A DNA stretch of 64,000 nucleotides from Botryllus schlosseri (Eukaryota): NCBI GenBank assembly GCA_051294905.1, contig CM119373.1, positions 5,146,001 through 5,210,000 of the forward strand, written 5' to 3'. Shown here one piece after another: positions 1 to 12,834 of this stretch (its first letter is position 1; each line of letters begins with the position of its first letter). Made by a program: the position numbers and the translations under genes. The notes below the pieces were generated by a model, which saw only the letters and a list, made by a program, of their open reading frames with translations, had not been told where the DNA came from and ran no database searches.

Positions 1-37
1 ACACCCTGATGTTGGCTAATGTAGCTAATGTGTGACC

Positions 38-967
38 CAGTGGCGTAGCAGCCACTTGGCGGTTCTGGCTCTGCGCCAGGGGCGGCAGGCTCTAGGGGGC
101 GACAAAATGAGGCTGCACAGTGTACTACTATAGAGGATGTAGGATGTCCTACATCCTCTATAGTACTACTGTACAGTGTACACAGCCGGCTAAAAGCAGC
201 GTAATTGGCAGTCCTATAGCTGGCGTCCCGTGAGCTAAAATGTAATCAAACTGCTCTCAATCGAAAGCTAGTGTCGCGCTGATTCCGAATATGTTAACAT
301 AGAGCAATGGAACCATTCCAGAGTAGCCGTCAATAAGGCGGATTGTTCCTAACAATCGGAGTGCCGCAACACGATGACCAATTGACCATGATAATGGAAA
401 TTATATCGGGCGATTATCCGGCCGATTTTCTGGCCAACCTTTAAATTGTATTTCCGGAATCAGGGCAACAATAGCTTTCTATTAAGATCAGTATTGTTAA
501 ATTTGAGCGTTCGGAGGGCCTGGCCAACTATAGGACGGCCACGGCCATATGAACAATGATGCAGCTCTTAGTTGTCTCAGCAGGAGGCTTGTCCGGGAAT
601 TCAAGTGTGACAACTAAGTTGCCCATCTATCCATAGGTTAGTGATTTATACTCTGGGTCACGATTTGTACAGAGCTCAGACCGAGATAGCTGTGAAGTAA
701 ACCGGTCCTAGGAACTGTTTAAGTTGGTAATAATTGTCCGATTGACAGATTGACAAAAACACATTCGTTCACTATTTCTTGTCTTTAATATTTTTGGCCT
801 TATTAACGTAGGGACGGTGAGACTGAGACGCGTTATATTAAATGTAATAATTTTCATTGAAAAGATTGCTTGAACATGAATCTATGTCGAAACTTGCTGC
901 GGTCTACGTAGGGGGGCGGCATTTCAAGCGAGAGCCAGGGGCGGCCGCACATGCTGCTACGCCAGTG
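38..967. mobile_element. Non-autonomous hAT-type MITE
   Basis: Termini CAGTGGCGTAGCAGC / GCTGCTACGCCAGTG (1 mismatch); 8-bp direct repeat GTGTGACC at 30-37 and 968-975; no ORF. Confidence 0.85.
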
Positions 968-1639
968 GTGTGACCCACTCATGGCGGAGATGATGGACTT
1001 TGATCCGCTGTCTCAAAAGGATTGGAGTGATGTCTCAAAAAGATTGGAATGATGAAAATTCCTATTTCAAGATATATTCTAATGCAGTGGTTTCTAACCG
1101 ACGGGGAACTTCAAGGTTTCTGGTTGGGAATAGACTCTTGTAAAAACATCGATATATTTATTAGCCTCGTTCATTAAGCGGCTGTATGTAATATCGAAAT
1201 ACCCTCTCTATTAGCTCATTTGCAATTTAGCAGCTCATTTGCAATTTAGCAATTCTTATTATCAGTGCCTCTAATTAGCGAGAATCGACTGGTAACCGAC
1301 AGCGGTCGCTGAGCTCCCACACATGTTTGTTATTCAGTCGTGCGCGAAATCGTGTGATTGAAACCACTTGATACGTAATAGGGGTTTTGTAGCGACACCA
1401 TGCGGCGCCACCACCGTGGTCATCGAACCGTAAGTAGCTTTGTCTCATTTTCATGTCGCTTTATATATAAAGCCGTTTGATTGTGCATTGCTCAGTTCGC
1501 TCAAGTGCTGCTAACGATAAACTTGTCGGTCATAGAACAGTGAATTTAGATATGAATTTAGATATAACATACAGTAAGCCAGTATTCAGGCAACAGAGCA
1601 GGAAATTGAGAATTGAAACAAAGATCTGTTGCTGGCGTA

Positions 1640-2248
1640 CGTGAAATGAAATTTAACCTCTGCAGCCTCCCATACGACGACTGTAGTAAGATTGCATACG
1701 AAGACTGCAGTAAGATTGAAATACAACTACACGCGGCCTGTACCGGCGCACGTAGTATACAAAACTTACTTCTGCAGCCTCGAAAAAGGAGACTGCCGTA
1801 AGATTGAACTACAACTACACGCGGCCTATACCGGCGCACGTAGTATTCATACCTTACCTTTGCAACTTCCCATACGGAGACTGCCGTAAGATTGAGCTAC
1901 AACTACACCCGGCCTCAACCGGCGCACGAAGTGAACAAAACTTCTGCAGCCTCCTATAAGATTGAACTACACGCGGCCTATACCGGCGCAAGTAGTATTC
2001 TAAACACTTCTGCAGCCTCCTGTAAAAGGACACTACCGTAAGATCAAATGAACTACAACTACACGCGGCCTATACCGGCGTACGTAGTATTCATAACTTA
2101 CCTTTGCAGCTTCCCATACGGAGACTGCCGTAAGATTGAGCTGCAACTACACGCGGCCTCAACCGGCGCACGAAGTGAACAAAACTTACTTCTGCAGCCT
2201 CCCTTAAGATTGAACTACACGCGTAAGATTGAACTATACCTACACGCG
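1640..2248 (+). repeat. Degenerate minisatellite, ~70-90-bp units (core AAGATTGAACTACAACTACACGCGGCCTATACCGGCGCAC) in a ~245-bp three-unit higher-order repeat
   Basis: AAGATT(G/C)A core recurs at ~1712, 1800, 1888, 1958, 2040, 2131, 2206, 2225; units pair 1712/1958, 1800/2040, 1888/2131. The last unit resumes at 14329 after the foldback insertion. Confidence 0.85.
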
Positions 2249-2520
2249 ACCAGAGTGAAGTTATCACACAAAATTCTATCACACAAATCGAAGGGTAACC
2301 ACTAAATCTGAAATGTGACAACATGAACGATGGTATCATCATCATGATGAAACAATGGCGTATCCGGATAGCTTATCCGGATTTGGACACTGACATATGA
2401 TAGAACGTAGATAGAACTCTGTCCATACCAAATTTTATGTAGATCCGTCGCCAAAAACGTGTCCAAAATAGATAACCATGAATTAGCACTTGCAATATTT
2501 CAACCAAATACGCGAGAAGC

Positions 2521-4706
2521 TCTCGTGTTTCGATGAGCGCAGTTCCGGAAAACAACATTTGCAGTAAATGTACACGATATCCCTAGACGAAGCTTGTATA
2601 GCACCTTAATCGTGCCAAATATTAAAGCTGTAGCAAATGTCTTAAGGGTCATAAACGCCGCCGACTTCTGGAAAAAATTACCACATTTTGGCGAATCGCG
2701 TCCATGAGAATTGCCACGAAATCGCAAAAACCTCTCGTGTTTCGATGAGTGCAGTTCCGGAAAACAACATTTGCAGTAAATGTTCACGATATCCCTAGAC
2801 GAAGCTTGTATAGCACCTTAATCGTGCCAAATATTAAAGCTGTAGCAAATGTCTTAAGGGTCATAAACGCCGCCGACTTCTGGAAAAAATTACCACATTT
2901 TGGCGAATCGCGTCCATGAGAATTGCCACGAAATCGCAAAAACCTCTCGTGTTTCGATGAGTGCAGTTCCGGAAAACAACATTTGCAGTAAATGTTCACG
3001 ATATCCCTAGACGAAGCTTGTATAGCACCTTAATCGTGCCAAATATTAAAGCTGTAGCAAATGTCTTAAGGGTCATAAACGCCGCCGACTTCTGGAAAAA
3101 ATTACCACATTTTGGCGAATCGCGTCTATGAGAATTGCCACGAAATCGCAAAAACCTCTCGTGTTTCGATGAGCGCAGTTCCGGAAAACAACATTTGCAG
3201 TAAATGTTCACGATATCCCTAGACGAAGCTTGTATAGCACCTTAATCGTGCCAAATATTAAAGCTGTAGCAAATGTCTTAAGGGTCAAAAACGCCGCCGA
3301 CTTCTGGAAAAAATTACCACATTTTGGCGAATCGCGTCTATGAGAATTGCCACGAAATCGCAAAAACCTCTCGTATTTCGATGAGCGCAGTTCCGGAAAA
3401 CAACATTTGCAGTAAATGTTCACGATATCCCTAGACGAAGCTTGTATAGCACCTTAATCGTGCCAAATATTAAAGCTGTAGCAAATGTCTTAAGGGTCAT
3501 AAACGCCGCCGACTTCTGGAAAAAATTACCACATTTTGGCGAATCGCGTCCATGAGAATTGCCACGAAATCGCAAAAACCTCTCGTGTTTCGATGAGTGC
3601 AGTTCCGGAAAACAACATTTGCAGTAAATGTTCACGATATCCCTAGACGAAGCTTGTATAGCACCTTAATCGTGCCAAATATTAAAGCTGTAGCAAATGT
3701 CTTAAGGGTCATAAATAGGGCTGGGCAAAATCGAGTACCTGAGTGATTCGATTCTGAATCACGTATTATGCTTCGAGTCGAGTCGAGTATGTCGAGTATC
3801 ACTCATTATGACGTCACAACAGAATGTACTGTGTTAAAGTTCAGATATGTACCTTTTATGACTCCGAAAAGAACGTAATGCCTGTTATCGTCACAGGTGA
3901 AAGATACTTCGGTATTTTTTCGACCATACCGATTTCATTGCACTTCTTGACAATGTTGTGAGATGATCATATGACTTCGGAAATGTGTTATCAGATCAGT
4001 CACCAGTAATTAACGTTCGTAGCTTTGTACTATGAGTCGTATGCTGCGACACGGCCAATCAAGGTTTGAAGGCTTCCCCAGGGGAAAATAGTATCAAAAC
4101 TATTATTCTCGTTAGTAAATTAACTTTCAGTTGCGAGGAACGTATAATTGCAGTACTCGAAAAAATCGTCTTTTACTACTCGACTCGAATCATTAAAATT
4201 AATACTCGATTCAGATTCGAGTACTCGAATCATTGTGCCCAGCCCTAGTCATAAACGCCGCCGACTTCTGGAAAAAATTACCACATTTTGGCGAATCGCG
4301 TCTATGAGAATTGCCACGAAATCGCAAAAACCTCTCGTGTTTCGATGAGTGCAGTTCCGGAAAACAACATTTGCAGTAAATGTTCACGATATCCCTAGAC
4401 GAAGCTTGTATAGCACCTTAATCGTGCCAAATATTAAAGCTGTAGCAAATGTCTTAAGGGTCATAAACGCCGCCGACTTCTGGAAAAAATTACCACATTT
4501 TGGCGAATCGCGTCCATGAGAATTGCCACGAAATCGCAAAAACCTCTCGTGTTTCGATGAGTGCAGTTCCGGAAAACAACATTTGCAGTAAATGTTCACG
4601 ATATCCCTAGACGAAGCTTGTATAGCACCTTAATCGTGCCAAATATTAAAGCTGTAGCAAATGTCTTAATGGTCATAAACGCCGCCGACTTCTAGAAAAA
4701 AATTAC
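2521..4706 (-). repeat. 212-bp tandem array in left arm (~7.7 units, interrupted by a MITE)
   Basis: Equivalent positions at 2575, 2787, 2999, 3211, 3423, 3635, 4387, 4599 (212-bp steps; the 3635-4387 step includes a 540-bp insertion). Confidence 0.97.
3716..4247. mobile_element. hAT (Ac-type) MITE inserted in the left 212-bp array
   Basis: TIRs TAGGGCTGGGCA / TGCCCAGCCCTA; 8-bp TSD GTCATAAA (3708-3715, 4248-4255); TCGAGT/ACTCGA subterminal repeats. Confidence 0.92.
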
Positions 4707-6349
4707 GACATATTGACGGATCGCCACCAAATCGCGAACTCTCACATCGCTATTTACCTTGCTGTTATGTTCAGGTTGACATTACTGCTGTAGGCCTACC
4801 GAAGAGCCGTTACCAGTGAAAGAAATGAAAGAGTTTTCGCACGAAGGAGTCAGACCACATGACAAAGAAATACTGATGTAGCCATCGCGTCAGGAATCCT
4901 ACTAGCTCTATACCCACCCGATGTAAACATGACCTTTCGCTATCCTCCATCCTGGATATGACATTGCAGTGCAATAATAAAATCTCTCAAGGCATTATAA
5001 GGGAGACACGGACGTTTATTGCTTTCTCAGACATGAAATGTTACAGTAATATAACCGTTAAGGTTTTGTTACTAATCATCTCCATTACTGCGAAGTAACA
5101 CAATGTATCATATCAGTGAATATAAACATATGGCAGTCTCCCTTTGCAGGAAAGCAGAAGCAAACATATGGATTACTGAAACACTTGTTAGTTATGGCAA
5201 CATGCTTGTAATAGCAGCATATGGATTCAATGAACACTAACAGTGGCATAATATATCAATGCACTATTCCAACTGTACACATACGTACTGTACGTGCAAG
5301 GCTGTGGCATCTGTATGTTTGTACCAAGCATCATAAACAGGGGCAGAGAGTGGTTGAAAGCCGCAATAGATTTTCAAAGAACAGAACATGTGAACTCCGC
5401 AATAGATTTTCAAAGAACAGAACATGTGAACTCAGCAACGATAACTGGAATTACCATAGGTCATGAAGTGGACACAGACTCTTTAACAGAAGAGAGCTAA
5501 CAAAGGACATATATTATCATGCAAAGTAATATACACATGATACCAGTTCAGCACAAAGTTTCAACAGGCTGTGAATACAGTGAATCGATACAACTTAAAC
5601 ATATGCTTCTGGGAGCTTCGGTGCAAATAGCTAGTCAACAAAACTGCAAAATATTATTCAAAGACATGGTGAGACTGGATGTTTGGAAACAATAACCAAC
5701 GCACAGGGTAATCAGAGATATAAACATGCCCACTGTATGTCGCGATAAATTTCACTAGCGCAGATAATTATCATGAAATTTTACAACCAAAACTGTCGAC
5801 GACTGGATGTTGGGTGAATAACATAGCACTACTAGGTGATTTGGTGCAAAGAGTCAACAAAACTGCAAAATATTACTCTGAGATGTCTGGCAATAGAGGG
5901 GAGGCAGAGTTGTCAAAGACATGGTGCGGGATTGGATGTCGCAATAAATTTCACTAGCGCAGATAATTATTATGAAATTTTACAACCAAAACTGTCAACG
6001 AGTCGAAAGGCTGTTGCTGTCTTGCAGCAGAACTACAAGAGCAAATTCTATACATAACAGCAGAATACATGACAAAAGACATACATTTAAAATTCTGCTT
6101 TTTGATGAAAGTATAAAACGACTAGCAGTGATTCTGTACAACGGAGCATCTACAAAGACATGGTGCGATTGGATGTTGGGTGAATAACACTACTAGGTGA
6201 CTCTGTGCAAAGGAGCATTTATAAAGACATGGTGCGATTGGATGTTGGGTGAATAACACTACTAGACGATTTGGTGCAAAGAGCCAACAAAACTGCAAAA
6301 TATTATTCAAAGATGTCTGGCATCGAGGGGAGGCAGAGTTGTCAAAGAC

Positions 6350-6820
6350 TGGCCCGCACGATCTCTACTATAATAGCCGCAAAGCGTCAGTCCATCTAAT
6401 ACTTGAGGAAATTGTGATTTCATCATCGACATAAAATGATCGATAGTGTCGCTATTTAGCCACACAGTGGAAGAAAGCAGCATGTTACGACTTTGATCAA
6501 TTTGGCCTTATCTAGGCACAGGGCTCTAGACCATTTCGAAAGGCCGAGCAAGGGGTTTAGAGGCTCGTCACCAATCACCTCAATTTCAGTCTTCTCGAAT
6601 CCGCGAAGTTTCTTTTGGGGCAACTGAAGTGTCTTTTATGTTATCAGTTTTTTCCTTTTTTACTTGAGCAATTAAGACCGAAACACCGGTCATAATTTCA
6701 AGTATCAATGCCCATATAACAATGTTTTGAACTTCCAGTTGCTTCAATTCTATACTTCAGTCCCTTTTCACATTCATTCTTTTAAATCAGTTCAACTGAC
6801 TTCTCCGAGACACCAGGAAC
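6350..6820 (-). pseudogene. Truncated, stop-containing paralogous fragment of the Ulp1-PHD exon
   Basis: 6350-6615 aligns with 10805-11070 (WLNSDTIDHFMSMMKSQFPQ retained) with stops/indels; polypyrimidine-CAG acceptor at 6821-6838 on minus. Confidence 0.85.
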
Positions 6821-6887
6821 CTGAAAGTAGAGAAACACAATCAAGAGTGATACGTTTCTACACGAAAGTAGACAGATTTAGTCTAAA

Positions 6888-7787
6888 GGTCAAGACTCGT
6901 AATTGACACCGATTCAGCTTTTTGAAGACCATGATGAGTTGTCACGGTATGATCTTAAAATAAGACTAATAACGTGGTGTATAGTAATACAGTTTTTTTA
7001 CATCAACATATTGACTTACAGATTTCGGTAGTCAGGAAACATCATGGTTGGAGTTGTGATGAGAGCACAATACACAACAACAAATATGGAATCAGCATCT
7101 GGTGCTAACCAAAGATTCTCTCGACTACAGACAGATGAGTGGGTGACGCTGACGCTTTGAATACATATCGCTGATATCTGTGGTGTTGGAACTATGTGAT
7201 AGTAAGCACTGTGAGTTACGGTTGCAGCATAAATGACGTCAAATTGACGTTATTCAATAATTATCACCATTCCATATTAATGGATTGGAATAATAGCACA
7301 ACCGACAAGTATAATAAATGTCATCAGTACAGACTCAAATTGGCAACAAGTTATATATACTGACCTACCTTACAATTCCGTTGCCAGGAAGGCAAGTAGC
7401 AACTTCAATTAGATTTCTTTAGTTCTTGATAGTTGACGAGAATGCTTCAGGAATTAAGAATACGGTGAGCTGCAACCAAAATGTAAGATAAATACACAGT
7501 CGAACCTTAACTAACAAATAAAACTCACCCGCTTTCCCCGGCACTACTCTCCACGACTAATTATAGGTAATTTGAATACGATCTCACATAACAGGTGAAT
7601 GTCTTCAACAGCAGCTCAAGCGCGTCGTAGAAACGTGGTCATCTCACTGCAAGGTTCAAAACAGGATATGACGTGGTGTCACGTGTCAACTCCATTGTCG
7701 TGATCAGTTCAGTTTATTGGGAATAATAAAAAGCTATTTTCTCCCTATTGCTGAAAATATAAATTGAAGTATGGTCCCATCACTGCA
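6888..7787 (-). pseudogene. Decayed multi-exon coding-like segment ('segment X'), product unknown
   Basis: Minus-strand GT..AG junctions (donor CGG|GTGAGT ~7527, acceptor TTGGTTGCAG ~7470, donor TCT|GTAAGT ~7019, acceptor TTTTAAG ~6956); all frames contain stops; inverted paralog at 27571-28480. Confidence 0.5.
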
Positions 7788-10213
7788 ATTACCCCAAAAT
7801 TGCTCTCAGAACTCGGTATTCTACATTGATCTGAAAAAAAACAGCCAGCCGGGTAGGTCGGAACAATAACGAATCTGCGAGTCATTCCAGCATGAGTGAC
7901 TCCTTTTTTCCTTTCTTGTTCAGTGATGTCGTAATTCCCCACGTGGCTTAGATGGTGTCGGTGATGTAAAGCAGGAAGCTGTGCTGTGGCCATTATTGAT
8001 GTGAGGCGTGCAAACTACTGCCCATAGCGCAGCAATGCAATGCAAGATTTGGAAAGGTTCATGAAGGTGCACAACCACAGTAACTAGTAGATGTTTGTAT
8101 TAACAGTTGAACAGTGTATGCATACCAACAATGTGCTCTTTTTAGGTGACACTGCGAAAGGAAGACCGGGCCTCAAAAATAATGAAAGGTGATTAGAGGG
8201 TGGTACTAGTACCGGGAAGGAGCAAGGTTGTAACCGAATCACAATTCGAGCCATGGTATTATGACCCTAGTCCGAGTCCAACTTATTGTGTTGACTGCTC
8301 AGTTTACAGTTATAGTGTTCTTGAACCCACTTTTGATAACCCTGTTTGGTGATACCGAATGGTTCTTATTTACAATATACTAATTATCCTCACTTTTAGC
8401 AGTTTCTGATCGCATTTTCAAGTTCCAGTGCCGATGGACGAAATCCCAATAGCGTGGTTACTTTACCATTTTTTGAAATTACAATGAATGTCGGTCTTGG
8501 CCGTGTGACTCTCTAGTCATTCAACCCTTGGAAGAAGACGCCTAAACTCATTGTGTTGTTTTTAGGGTACAGATCATGGGGACGCAGAGTTGTCAAAGAC
8601 ATGGTACGATGGATGTCAACGAAAAATTTTCTTGATATTCTCATTTCGAATTCTTTTTTTCAATAAAATATATTTATCAAAATGTATGAAGGAAGATGGT
8701 TAGAGCATTATTCAAGCATTGATGGATGTAGGCAGTAATGTCGGTCTTCTTAATGTTTAGGTAATACAGAGAGTATGAGATGCAACACAGATACCACAGA
8801 AAAGCGATCAACGGTCTGTAGTTGTTGAAAATAAGTCGAAAACAAGGACATTTCTTAGAAATAAGGACAGTTGAGTTTTTCAAGACCGTGCCCTTCAAAA
8901 TAATTTACATTGCAATTGAAATTATAATTTTATTGTATAACGACGCGTCGAATGAACAAATGGGATCATGTCATTTCATCACTCTGCGTCACTTCATCAC
9001 TCTCCCACGTTCATCGTCTGCCCAGGCACACCTGAAATGTAAGATAACATAAATTCAATATTTCCTATAACATAAATTCAATATTTCCTTTAGAAATAGG
9101 TTCTATTGGGAGATCTTGAATCTGATCGACTCTTTGAATGACACTTCCAAGAAACCCAAATTCAAGAACTGTAGTATAGAAAGTCTAGTGTAATGTTCAC
9201 CCCTACGGGAATCTCGGTACGTTTCGCCAAATAGAACACGTGCGCAGCTATGATTCTCCAAGTTAGAGTTAATTATATAAAAACAAAGATGTGCGAGCAC
9301 AGGACACAGATTCCACAACTCAATGATCACACAGATCAAATTGTGAGCTCCAGAGTACAGTCTTGGAAATGCAGCAATCTGATAAATGTAACGAAAGTGT
9401 ACCTTGGCGTCCTCTTGTATTGATCAGCCATCAGCTCATTTCACATCTTCTGCGCTGGTTCAAATTATTGCGACATGGCTTAGAATGGCATGGCCTCTTT
9501 TCATTGGCGAGGCTCGCGAGACCTAGTTAATCTTCAATCTTAAAACCTGTTTAACCCACGTTTGACGACTACGTGTAGGTGACATTGAATGCCTCGTATT
9601 CATAATACAGCAGTTTTCCTCACTTACAACTAGAATGGTCCTATTTTGCAAACAACAGCACTGATAGACCAACTATACCTTATGAATCTTAATGCCAAAC
9701 AAAGCTACCAAATGGAACTCGTAAATGCAATCTTGTTTTTATTAAATCGATTCACTAGATATTAAAGACCAGATATGCAGGCACGTCCGGGGCATAACTG
9801 GAAGTATCGGAAATCGGCGAGCGGGATGTAGGCTACCGTGGAGACCAAAGTTTAAACCCGGTTAAAATGAAAGATCTCCTGGGTCGCCATGACCCTTTCT
9901 TATCCAGTGAAATCGGTTGCCACAGGCAGTTCTTTTATTATCCAGCCCTTCATCCGTAATCGCGTCATCTCGTTCTTGCTTCTAATCGCCATGTTTCTCG
10001 TTAGCTTTCTTGCTTTTCCGTGTTTAGACCGCCTCGAAACTACGATCTGCAGTTGCTCTGCAAAATAAATTAAACGAGGCGGCAGAATTTGTATGCAAAA
10101 GGTTATTGATTATAAACAAACTTACATAGCAGTGAGATTGCGGTCTTCGCCGAAAAATGTTATTATATCGATTTATTAGCTATATTGACAAAGTTTTCAA
10201 GTGGATCAGCACA

Positions 10214-11029
10214 TCAAAGATTTTGACATTCAGAACAAAACCATAGAAAAGACGGTTCGCTCCAAACAGCGTCCGGAATTGGAAGAGGATAGCAGTTAGC
10301 ATGGTACCATTTGTCGCATTGGTCACATTTCACCATTTGAGGTTGAGAATCAGAATAAGGCAGCTTGCACACACAAAATAGTGGCAGGTTTAACATTGCG
10401 AATGGGGCTGGTATTGGATCCACGACAGAGAAATCAAGTAAATAGACATTTCCTACTTCAATCATGGTGAGGCACATTTGCCGAAGTTGTTGCGTATAAA
10501 CCACCGTTTCTGGATTCACCCCAAAACACAGGGTTATCGCATTAGCTATGGCGAAGACGCCGCAATCACTACCGTTACCTTGCTGTTGGACGCAGGGAAA
10601 AAGTACTTCAAGAGTGCTCGAACACGGCCTATTCAGCATTCCGATTGAACATAAGGTTTTGTCGTTATATGCCGAAGAATTATAGGCGGAATCATACACA
10701 CATATTTCGCCATCTGCACAGAACATGTTCGAAGCGGTGACCCAATGATTGTTATTTATATTAATTATTTGAATAAATTTTTTTTCTTGCGCTGGAGCGT
10801 AAACTGGACCCGCACGATCTCGACTATAATAGCCGCAGGACGTCAGTCCATCTACTTGAGGAAATTGTGATTTCATCATTGACATAAAATGATCTATAGT
10901 GTCGCTATTTAGCCACGCAGTGGAAGAAAGCAGAATGTTACGACATTGATCAATTTGGCCTAATCTAGGCGCAGGGGTCCGGACCATTTCGAAACGGCGA
11001 GCAAGGGGTTGAGGAGCCAAGTCAATCAC
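10214..11029 (-). CDS. Ulp1/SENP-family (peptidase C48) cysteine protease fused to a C-terminal PHD finger; probably a terminal exon
   Basis: WLNSDTI motif, catalytic His (NNHWV), Asp (VYDS), oxyanion Gln and Cys (QQQGNGSDCGVFAIA); PHD C4HC3: CVC..CDQC..WYHANC..WFCSEC. Listed start is GTG; frame stays open ~50 codons further upstream by manual reading; AATAAA ~35 nt after stop. Confidence 0.92.
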   Translation of the reverse strand: MIDLAPQPLARRFEMVRTPAPRLGQIDQCRNILLSSTAWLNSDTIDHFMSMMKSQFPQVDGLTSCGYYSRDRAGPVYAPAQEKKFIQIININNNHWVTASNMFCADGEICVYDSAYNSSAYNDKTLCSIGMLNRPCSSTLEVLFPCVQQQGNGSDCGVFAIANAITLCFGVNPETVVYTQQLRQMCLTMIEVGNVYLLDFSVVDPIPAPFAMLNLPLFCVCKLPYSDSQPQMVKCDQCDKWYHANCYPLPIPDAVWSEPSFLWFCSECQNL

Positions 11030-12834
11030 CTCAATTTCTGTCTTTTCAAATCCGCGAAGTTTATTTTTTGGCGACTGTAAGTATCTTCCGTATGTGTTAT
11101 TATTAGTTTTTTCCGCTCTACTTCTTTTTCTCCAAATTTCAATTTCGGGCTCGGCACAATTATCGGTAATCCGTTTTTGCGCTATGCGCTATGTGTGATA
11201 GTTTGCACGCATCATGTCCAATCGTCACATTTTCGTTAATTTGCACATAGACGTAGTAATTTGCCCTCATCACGTCTAATCGAGGCATATCCTTGACCAC
11301 TCTCCCTGTGACTATTTCCCAGGGTCCATATATATGCTGCAGCTATATGTAGTAGTTTGCACGCGTGACGTCTAATCGTTCCATGTCTTTGACACTTTGA
11401 CACCCTGGGAATACTGTGTTTTCTTAGGTATGCGTTCTTCGCGATAATGGATAGGTATGAGTACACTGTCTGTTAATTTTTGTTCACCCAATTGAAAATT
11501 AACAATGTCTTTGACAACTCTGCATCCCCTCGATGCCAAACATCTTGGAGTAATACTTCACGGTTTTGTTAACAAGTGATTTGCAACGAATCTTCCAGAA
11601 TCGTATATGTTGATGTTGCATCAATTCACTCTATTAATATTATCATTATGTTAACACCGCACCATGTCTTTGACAACTCTGCCTTGCTCAATGTTATGTT
11701 GGGCAGTAATTTGCACGCCTCACATCAATATCACCAACACACTAAGTGCTGGTACACTGTGCACTGTAATATGCACGCATTTATCGGTATGTATTCAGGA
11801 CGTGGTTTCGGTATGAATGCATCATGAAGGACTGTATGATGAGACACAACGCACCATGTCTTTGACAATTCTGCCTCCCCTCGATGCCAGACATCTTCGA
11901 GTAATATTTTGCAGTTTTGTTGACTCTTTGCACCAAATCGCCTAGTAGTGTTATTCACCCAACATCCAATCGCACCATGTCTTTGAATAATATTTTGCGG
12001 TTTTGTTGACTAGCTATTTGCACAGAAGCATATGTTTAAGTTGTATCGATTCACTGTATTCACAGCCTGTTGGGACTTTGTGCTGAACTGGAATCATGTG
12101 TATATTACTTTGCATGATAATATATGTCCTTTGTTAGCTCTCTTCTGTTGAAGAGTCTGTGTCCACTACATGACCTTTGGTAATTCCAGTTATTGTTGCT
12201 GAGTTCACATGTTCTGTTCTTTGAAAATCTATTGCAGCTTTCAACCACTCTCTGCCCCTGTTTATGATGCTTGGTACAAACGTACAGATGCCACAGCCTT
12301 GCACGTACAGTACGTATGTTGCCATAAATGCTGCTATTACAAGCATGTTGCCATAACTGACAAGTGTTTCAGTAATCTATATGTTTGCTTCTGCTTTCCT
12401 GCAAAGGGAGACTGCCATATGTTTATATTCACTGATATGATACATTGTGTTACTTCGCAGTAATGGAGATGATGAGTAACAAGACCCTTACGGGTTATAT
12501 CGCCAATTCCTGTAACATTTTATGTCTGAGAAAGCAATAAACGTCTGTGTCTTCCTTATAATGCCTTGTGAGATTTTATTATTGTCATATCCAGGATGGA
12601 GGATAGCGAAAGGTCATGTTTACATCGGGTGGGTCTGGAGATAGTAGGATTCCTGGCGCGATGGCTACATCAGTATTTCATTGTCATATAGTCTGACTCT
12701 TTCGTGCGAATACTCGTTCATTTCTTTCACTGGTAACGACTCTTCGGTAGGCCTACAGCAGTAGTGTCAACCTGAACAGCAAGGTAAATAGCGATGTGAG
12801 AGTTCGCGATTTGGTGGCGATCCGTCAATATGTC

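Noticed and set aside
2521-4706. CRISPR-like array
   Set aside because: Units are contiguous 212-bp near-identical repeats without unique spacers; no cas genes; eukaryotic context.
9103-10060. Possible NACHT/NLR fragment (YTRLSILQFL, LAHLCFY) behind a clean GT-AG intron at ~10058-10125
   Set aside because: Motif spacing is wrong and no Walker A/B was found; degraded coding-like sequence of unknown origin.
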